From: Opitutia bacterium
GTDB taxonomy: Bacteria; Verrucomicrobiota; Verrucomicrobiia; Opitutales; T3Sed10-336
Assembly (NCBI GenBank): GCA_050506795.1
Contig: JBJHCF010000003.1
Location: forward strand, 128,001-192,000
Length of the DNA: 64,000 nt
Direction of reading: 5' to 3'
The notes under the pieces are model-generated. The model was not told the origin of the DNA. It made no database searches and saw only the letters and a program-made list of their open reading frames with translations. Both the position numbers and the translations under genes were made by a program. Below are positions 58,002 to 64,000 of the stretch, piece by piece (position 1 is the stretch's first letter; each line of letters starts with the position of its first letter).

Positions 58002-59765
58002 ATGATCAGTATTGGGAAAACCCGTTCGGCGGGCTTGATGGCCAGGATTTTCAGGGGACAACGTTCCCTGGTTATCGATCACGGTGGCAGCGCGATTAAG
58101 GTTCTGCTGGCGGAGCGTTCCGGCGGCGGCATTAGGGTGTTGCATGCGCTTACGGTCAATCTCCGGGATGAAGGTCTGCTGAACGCCGACGAAATCGGTC
58201 GTTACCTGTCTCGCATGCTGGAAGCCTTCGGCGATGTGCCGGTGACCCTCCTTGTGCGGCAATCGAGCACCATTTCGCAACTCATGGAGATGGGGGGCAA
58301 GTGGCCCCACAATGTGCGCCGTGCAATCCGGGAGGAGACGCGGAACCTCAGTGGTTTAAGTGAACGGGCCATACTTTACGATTTTGTGCCCATGCGTCCC
58401 TTTGCCCGGTTTCAGGCGCCTTACTGGGTGACCATCGCGCGGGAGAACGAAGTCGAGGAACAGATTGAACCGCTACGCCATCAAGAGTGCCAGATTTCCG
58501 CGGTCACCACTCCGGCCAATTCACTGATCAACGCGTTCACCACCCTCAATCCGGGCGGCAAGGAAGGATTGCTCCTGGAAATCGGGGAGACCTCGACCAC
58601 CGTCGCCATCGTCGAAGGAGGCCAGGGTGTGTTCGCCACCAATGTCGCGCTGGGCGGGGAGCATGTCACCGAGGCGATCTCCGACGATTTGGGGGTGGAT
58701 TATGATCGGGCGGAGTCACTCAAGCACGAGTCCGATGTTTTTGCCGAGGGCCGGCCCACCGAGATGCTTGGGCGGGTCCTGGGCCGCTGGCGTGAGGAGA
58801 TCGATGAAGTCGTGCTCGAGTGGAGCCGGGAGCAGGGGCTTGATGTCAATCATTACCGTTACCTGCCGTGCTGGCTTTCCGGCGGAGGTTCACGACAGCC
58901 GGGGCTGCGCCGTCACCTCGCCGGCCAATGGGAACGCGAGATTTGCGATTGGCCCCAGTTGTCGAAAGATCTGCCGGATGGCGGGGCGGCGGACTATGCG
59001 GTGGCCTATGGCGCCGCGTTGGGTTCGTTTCGCAAGGGTCCCTGTCCGGTAAACCTGTTGCCGACCGATTTGCGCCGGGCACGCGGATTCGAGCGCAAGG
59101 TCCATGCTCTCTACTGGGTTTGCGCCTTGTGTTTCGTGCTGGCTTTTTTTCTCGTATTCCGGGGAGCTGAGAATTTGCGGGAGGAGATCAGGGTAGGCCG
59201 TGCGGATCTCGAGAGCGCGCGCGAGGCGGTTCGACTCGCCAATGAAGTCGATTCCCAACGCGAGCTGAGACGCCGGATCTATTACGAGACGCTTCCGGTG
59301 TTGCACCGGAAGAAACTCACCCGGGATTTCCTCGAGACGCTGGCCTTTCTGCGCGGGCTCAGTGAGAGAGAGGAATATTGGTTTGTGCTTTTTTCCGATG
59401 ACGACAGTTATTTTGGAGAAGGAACCGGCGTTGCTGCTCCGCGAGTTACCTCTGAGACGATCTCGCTTTCAGAGCTGGTCGGTCGGTCGCCCGGTTTTAT
59501 CGTTGAGCTTTGTGTGCCCGGCGAGGAGGAGTTGGCGGAGGATTCGGCGCTTGGCGAGGTAGTGAGCGGACTTCGTGTCGCTGATTTTCTAAGCGGGGTC
59601 GACAAACTTCCGGCGGGCCAACGGCGGTTGAGGGTTCCGTCACAGGCCACCCTTCCGGAATACACCTACACACTCACCCTGGAGTTGGAACCGTTCCAGC
59701 ACGGACTGGGGGATCTTTCCCAGGGGAATGGGACCCGATCGCAATTGCTGTTTCCTCGCCCTTGA
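58002..59765 (+). CDS. PilM-like actin-fold assembly protein fused to a PilN-like membrane segment (GspL-like architecture)
   Basis: IDHGGSAIKV, LEIGETST, GGEHVTEAI...AESLK, LSGGGS, then VNLLP and a transmembrane helix. Confidence 0.75.
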   Translation: MISIGKTRSAGLMARIFRGQRSLVIDHGGSAIKVLLAERSGGGIRVLHALTVNLRDEGLLNADEIGRYLSRMLEAFGDVPVTLLVRQSSTISQLMEMGGKWPHNVRRAIREETRNLSGLSERAILYDFVPMRPFARFQAPYWVTIARENEVEEQIEPLRHQECQISAVTTPANSLINAFTTLNPGGKEGLLLEIGETSTTVAIVEGGQGVFATNVALGGEHVTEAISDDLGVDYDRAESLKHESDVFAEGRPTEMLGRVLGRWREEIDEVVLEWSREQGLDVNHYRYLPCWLSGGGSRQPGLRRHLAGQWEREICDWPQLSKDLPDGGAADYAVAYGAALGSFRKGPCPVNLLPTDLRRARGFERKVHALYWVCALCFVLAFFLVFRGAENLREEIRVGRADLESAREAVRLANEVDSQRELRRRIYYETLPVLHRKKLTRDFLETLAFLRGLSEREEYWFVLFSDDDSYFGEGTGVAAPRVTSETISLSELVGRSPGFIVELCVPGEEELAEDSALGEVVSGLRVADFLSGVDKLPAGQRRLRVPSQATLPEYTYTLTLELEPFQHGLGDLSQGNGTRSQLLFPRP

Positions 59766-59779
59766 TTCGACCGGACAAG

Positions 59780-60577
59780 ATGAACCTTTTTACCGAAAGA
59801 AAAACCTACGAGAAGACCATCCTGCTTTTTGGCGTGGTCGTGCTGCTGGCGTTTCTTTTCGTCTATTTGCCGCTGACCCGTGAAAAGCGTGAGTTGGCGA
59901 ATGATCTCAAGGAGACTCTCGGCATTCTGGAAGAGCGGGGGTATGGAGTGGAGCAGGAATGGATCATGGCGAATCTTCGGACCGTCGAAGGTGAAATCCG
60001 TTTGCTGAAGAATGAGAACGGAACGGAAGGTTGGACCCTGGAAAACGATCCGTTTATCAGGGACCGGATTAACGCCCCGTTTCAGTACTTTGAATTTGAT
60101 CGCGAACGAAACAGTGTGGTGTCCCAACTCAGGGTGCTGGCCGCCGAGCGCGGGGTTTCCTTGAATCCCGGAGTTACCGAATCCCTTCCCGAGTACGTCG
60201 GACAAACACGCGACTATCGCCTTTGGGCGCAGTTGGCGCTGGCCCATCAGGTGCTGCGCGGTGCGATGGAGAATGGGGTGAGTGCCGTCGAATCACTCAG
60301 TTTGCCGCGGATCCGGGTGGTTGTGGGAGAGGACGCGGAGTTGTACGAAGAGGTCGGAGTGACCATTCGGCTTACGGGGCGAATGGACGCGTTGCAGCCA
60401 TTTTTTCTTTTCCTGGCGATGGATGCGGCGCAAGTGGAGGCCGCTGGAATGCCTGAGATCTATCCCGGCAAGCGTCCACTTTTTATCGACCGGTTTTTGT
60501 TGCGGAAAAAGGACCTGCGCGAACCCGACGAGGTGATTGCCGATCTTTCAATCAAGAGCTTCCTCAGAATCCATTGA
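59780..60577 (+). CDS. PilO/GspM-like bitopic membrane protein
   Basis: N-terminal transmembrane helix, coiled coil, position in the pilus/T2SS cluster. Confidence 0.55.
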   Translation: MNLFTERKTYEKTILLFGVVVLLAFLFVYLPLTREKRELANDLKETLGILEERGYGVEQEWIMANLRTVEGEIRLLKNENGTEGWTLENDPFIRDRINAPFQYFEFDRERNSVVSQLRVLAAERGVSLNPGVTESLPEYVGQTRDYRLWAQLALAHQVLRGAMENGVSAVESLSLPRIRVVVGEDAELYEEVGVTIRLTGRMDALQPFFLFLAMDAAQVEAAGMPEIYPGKRPLFIDRFLLRKKDLREPDEVIADLSIKSFLRIH

Positions 60578-60581
60578 ACCT

Positions 60582-61169
60582 GTGAAACATCCCTGGAAGA
60601 TTCTGATTGCACCGGTCTTATTGCTCTTTGTTGCGATAACACTGATTGTCGGGCTCCTGTGGTCCCAACGGTCCGCCGGGCCGGTACAGAGCATCGCTGT
60701 CACTTCGGAAGGCCACGATGTCCCGGAGCGGCTTTCGCCTCAGGAATCGGACTTGATCGAATTCTTTGGCCGCCTCCCGCTGGAGGTCAGTCGTCTCACG
60801 GCCGGGGGAAATCCGTTTTACAATATTTACCGGGAACCTGAACCCGTACCCGAGGAGCCTCCCGAGCCGGAGGAACCGGAAGAGCCGGAAGAACCGGAGG
60901 AAGTAGAGGAGCCACCGCCTCCGCCTCGCCGGGTTGAAATCCGCTATGTCGGTTTCCTGCGCGGGAGTGTCGGTAACGATCAAGTGTACCTCACAAAGAA
61001 CGGGACCACGTTGATTGGTGAGGAGGGAATGCAAGTGGTTGACGTCTGGAGGGTCACTGACTTTGATTCCCTGCGAGTGATCATGGAAGACGATTCGGGT
61101 GAGAGGTTGGAAATCGGCTTTAATCAAACCGGGATACTGGAGATCCCGGTGGATTCGAACGGCCGGTGA
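60582..61169 (+). CDS. Hypothetical PilP/GspC-like protein with Pro/Glu linker
   Basis: Transmembrane helix, NPF motif, EPEEPE repeats, C-terminal beta domain; operon context. Confidence 0.55.
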   Translation: MKHPWKILIAPVLLLFVAITLIVGLLWSQRSAGPVQSIAVTSEGHDVPERLSPQESDLIEFFGRLPLEVSRLTAGGNPFYNIYREPEPVPEEPPEPEEPEEPEEPEEVEEPPPPPRRVEIRYVGFLRGSVGNDQVYLTKNGTTLIGEEGMQVVDVWRVTDFDSLRVIMEDDSGERLEIGFNQTGILEIPVDSNGR

Positions 61170-61173
61170 ACCC

Positions 61174-62892
61174 ATGGCAGGCGGACGCGACATAGGCGCC
61201 CTCCTTTTGGAGAAGGGTGAAATCACGGCGGATCAGCTGGAAATGGCCCGCCGGCGATCTCTCCGCCAACGCACGCCGCTGGTGCGCGCCCTGACCGAGT
61301 TGAACCTGGTTTCCGAGGAAACCGCCTACCGCGTATCGGCCCAGTTCCACGGGTTGGAATTCGTTGAACCGGAGAACATTTCCGTGGACCGCTCCGTGCT
61401 GGAACTGGTCCCTATCAAGCTGGTTCTTCACTACCGTCTGGCGCCGGTGCGATTCGAAGGAGGCGTGATTACGCTGGCGTTTTCCGACCCACCCGATTTG
61501 AGCGAGATGGGCAATCTCCGCCTGTTGATCGGTTATCGCATCCGGGCGGTTTTGGCCACTCCGAGCGGGATCCACGCCTTTATCAAAAAGAACTACGGGT
61601 TGGGCGCGGAGACGATTCAGCACCTGCGCCACGACGAGTCTCTGCCCGATCTGAATCAGGAGATCACCTTCGATGTCGATGCCTCGGAGGAACAGGGCGA
61701 ACTGGACATCTCGATTTCGCGATTCGTCAATCAGATCCTGATGGAGGCTCTGCGCTTGGGCGCCACCGACGTCCATATCGAGCCCTACACCGCGAGTATT
61801 CGGTTGCGTTACCGCATTGACGGAGTGCTGCAAACGATTCCGGTACCCCCCGGGTTGCGCCAGTTGTATCCCACGATCATTTCGCGTCTCAAGGTGATGG
61901 CCGGTCTGAACATTACGGAAAAACGCGTTCCCCACGACGGCCGGATTTCGATGAAGACCAGTTCCGACGCCTACGATCTTCGCGTTTCCATCATTCCCAC
62001 CACCTTCGGCGAAGCGGTCTGCCTCCGCATTCTCGGGCGCGAGAGCATGTTCATGGATCTCGAACAGCTTGGCATGGAACGCGACCAGATGCGCATCCTG
62101 GAAGACATTACCCAACTCCCCCAGGGAATGGTGCTTCTGACCGGTCCGACGGGAAGTGGAAAGACAACAACTCTTTATGCTTTGCTTGCCCACGCCAACG
62201 ACGAAGGGCGGAAAATCGTCACCATCGAAAATCCCGTTGAATACAAACTGGAGGGCATTTCGCAGATACAAATTCGGCCGGAGGTCGGCCTCGATTTTTC
62301 CAGCTGTCTGCGGTCGGTCCTCCGGCACGATCCCGATGTCATTCTCATCGGGGAGATCCGCGACCAGGAAACGGCGGAAATCGCCATTCGTTCGGCGCAG
62401 ACGGGCCACCTGGTCTTCTCGACCCTGCACACCAACGACAGCGTGAGCACCGTGACCCGGTTGCTGGAAATGCGTGTGGAGCCATTCCTCATTGGTTCGA
62501 CCCTGGTGTGCAGTATCGCCCAGCGCCTGGCTCGACGCATCTGCCGTCATTGCCAACGCGAAGATACCGACATCCCGGCTCAGGCTCGCGAGGAAATGGC
62601 GGCGGTCCTGGGAATCAAACCCGATGCGGTGCGGGCCTCGGTCGGCTACGGTTGCGTCGAGTGTAACGACCGCGGTTATCGGGGACGAGTGGCGATTTAC
62701 GAGTTTTTCCTGCTCGACGAAGCGGTAATGGACGCGCTTGAACCCGGGATAAAAACCAGTGAATTGCGCCGTATCGCCCAAAGAGGCGGCTGGAAATCCT
62801 TGCGGGAACAGGGGTGGCACAAGGTACAGGACGGGGTGATTTCCGTGGAGGAAAACCAGCGCCTTACCCGCCGTCTGCAGATCACTTATTGA
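61174..62892 (+). CDS. GspE/PilB-family secretion/pilus assembly ATPase
   Basis: ATDVHIEP, RYRIDG, GPTGSGKTTTLY, LRHDPDVILIGEIRD, TGHLVFSTLHTND, CxxC..CxxC. Confidence 0.93.
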   Translation: MAGGRDIGALLLEKGEITADQLEMARRRSLRQRTPLVRALTELNLVSEETAYRVSAQFHGLEFVEPENISVDRSVLELVPIKLVLHYRLAPVRFEGGVITLAFSDPPDLSEMGNLRLLIGYRIRAVLATPSGIHAFIKKNYGLGAETIQHLRHDESLPDLNQEITFDVDASEEQGELDISISRFVNQILMEALRLGATDVHIEPYTASIRLRYRIDGVLQTIPVPPGLRQLYPTIISRLKVMAGLNITEKRVPHDGRISMKTSSDAYDLRVSIIPTTFGEAVCLRILGRESMFMDLEQLGMERDQMRILEDITQLPQGMVLLTGPTGSGKTTTLYALLAHANDEGRKIVTIENPVEYKLEGISQIQIRPEVGLDFSSCLRSVLRHDPDVILIGEIRDQETAEIAIRSAQTGHLVFSTLHTNDSVSTVTRLLEMRVEPFLIGSTLVCSIAQRLARRICRHCQREDTDIPAQAREEMAAVLGIKPDAVRASVGYGCVECNDRGYRGRVAIYEFFLLDEAVMDALEPGIKTSELRRIAQRGGWKSLREQGWHKVQDGVISVEENQRLTRRLQITY

Positions 62893-62967
62893 AGGGGGGC
62901 GTGGGGCGAGGGGCGAAAACTGGGGGCGGGGGTTGCAAAAGCGGGGTTTTCGTCAAAGGTTCATCAC

Positions 62968-63798
62968 ATGATGAAGTTGCGTGCCCTTTGCCTTGCCTCC
63001 CTTTTTGCTTTCTATGGCCTCGTGTACGGTCAGGAGTATGAAGGGGTCAATCTGATCGAGCCCAGCATTCTGGCGGACAGCGAAACTCTGGTGCCCGGCC
63101 AGCCGGTGACGGTCGCCATTCGGCTTTCCATTGCCGATGGATGGCATACCTACTGGGAGAACCCCGGTGATTCCGGCATACCGGCTCGTGTCGTTTGGGA
63201 CGTTCCGGAAGGGATTCGTGTCGGTCCCATGCAGTGGCCGGTGCCGCAGCGCCTGGTTGAGCCAGGAAATTTGCAGGTCTACGCCTTTAAGGACGAAGTG
63301 GTTCTCCTTGCGCGCCTGTTTGTGGCTCCCGGGCTGGATCTGGACGAGGTCACCCTCAAGGCTTCGGCCGATTGGTTGGTCTGTCGTGAAAGCTGCATTC
63401 CCGGCGAGGCTGAACTCAGCTTGACTCTTCCGGTGGCCGATGAACTCGTGCCGGTGAACCGCGAACGCTTTGCCGAATACCGGCAGCGGTTACCGCGAAG
63501 GCTGGCGCTCGACCCGGAGAACGGATTGAGAACAGATTGGAAGAGAGACGGAAACACGTTGTACCTGCTTCTGGCCGAGGTTCCTGAAGGATCAAAACTG
63601 GAGTTTTTTCCCTTGCCCGACGCGGGAGTGCTCACCGGGCACTCCAATCCGGTGGAATCGTGGTCGGGAGAGGCATCGTTCGAGCCGGATCAGGTGCTGT
63701 CCATTCCGCTGGAAGCGAGCCCGGCCGGGCTTGAGCGATTGCGCGGCGTGCTGGTGGTTTCAGGGGAAGACGGGGAGTCAACGGGCTGGCTTTTCTAG
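62968..63798 (+). CDS. DsbD N-terminal domain (thiol:disulfide interchange) protein
   Basis: GWHTYWENPGDSG, WPVP, WLVCRESCIPG. Confidence 0.85.
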   Translation: MMKLRALCLASLFAFYGLVYGQEYEGVNLIEPSILADSETLVPGQPVTVAIRLSIADGWHTYWENPGDSGIPARVVWDVPEGIRVGPMQWPVPQRLVEPGNLQVYAFKDEVVLLARLFVAPGLDLDEVTLKASADWLVCRESCIPGEAELSLTLPVADELVPVNRERFAEYRQRLPRRLALDPENGLRTDWKRDGNTLYLLLAEVPEGSKLEFFPLPDAGVLTGHSNPVESWSGEASFEPDQVLSIPLEASPAGLERLRGVLVVSGEDGESTGWLF

Positions 63799-63894
63799 AT
63801 ATTTTCGCGCGATAAGTGCAACAAATGTCGCCTCTGCGTGTTTAATAAGTGGCGTGAGATTTATTAATACTGAAAACGAAAAACTGAAGACACT

Positions 63895-64000
63895 ATGAAA
63901 AAACTGACTGCCTTATTCGCCTCCCTGGCCATCACCTTTACCGCGTCCGCCACTTTGAGCGGCGCTGAAATCGGAGAGCCGGCTCCCGATTTCACCTTGA
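63895..64000 (+). CDS. Exported thioredoxin-like/redoxin protein, truncated by the window end
   Basis: MKKLTALFASLAITFTASATLSGAEIGEPAPDFTL; follows the DsbD-N gene. Confidence 0.65.
   Translation, partial: MKKLTALFASLAITFTASATLSGAEIGEPAPDFTL

Noticed and set aside
60837..60930. EPEEPE/PPPP low-complexity repeat
   Set aside because: Ordinary Pro/Glu linker in a periplasm-spanning secretion protein

Overview
GC-rich bacterial genomic window. Gene content (H-X9-DG prepilin-like protein, PQQ-repeat surface protein, sulfatase remnant, many sugar-utilisation genes) suggests a PVC-group organism, probably Verrucomicrobia; this is inference. Left part: sugar ABC permease, beta-propeller protein, addB-addA, a putative metal-uptake pair, an ABC-2 exporter and two tandem membrane-anchored dynamin-like GTPases. 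Centre (19.2-32.7 kb, minus strand): a complete type I-B (Tneap/Cst-like) CRISPR-Cas locus, cas6-[RHH antitoxin-like, hicB, hicA]-cas8-cas7-cas5-cas3-[inverted phd/vapC]-cas4-cas1-cas2-leader-48 repeats. The most notable signal is an unannotated mini-CRISPR between hicA and cas8: a degenerate repeat followed by a 36-nt spacer whose first 15 nt match (14/15, the only mismatch at position 6, CCA PAM) a sigma70-like promoter lying between hicB and hicA. This suggests Cascade-guided repression of a HicA toxin and of the downstream cas genes (CreA/CreR-like logic on a split hicBA module). Right part: amidohydrolase, ThuA and Hyi-like genes, GH2/GH36/SSS sugar genes, a decayed region with pseudogenes and dispersed repeats, alaS, leuB, a T2SS/type IV pilus cluster and DsbD-N/redoxin genes.
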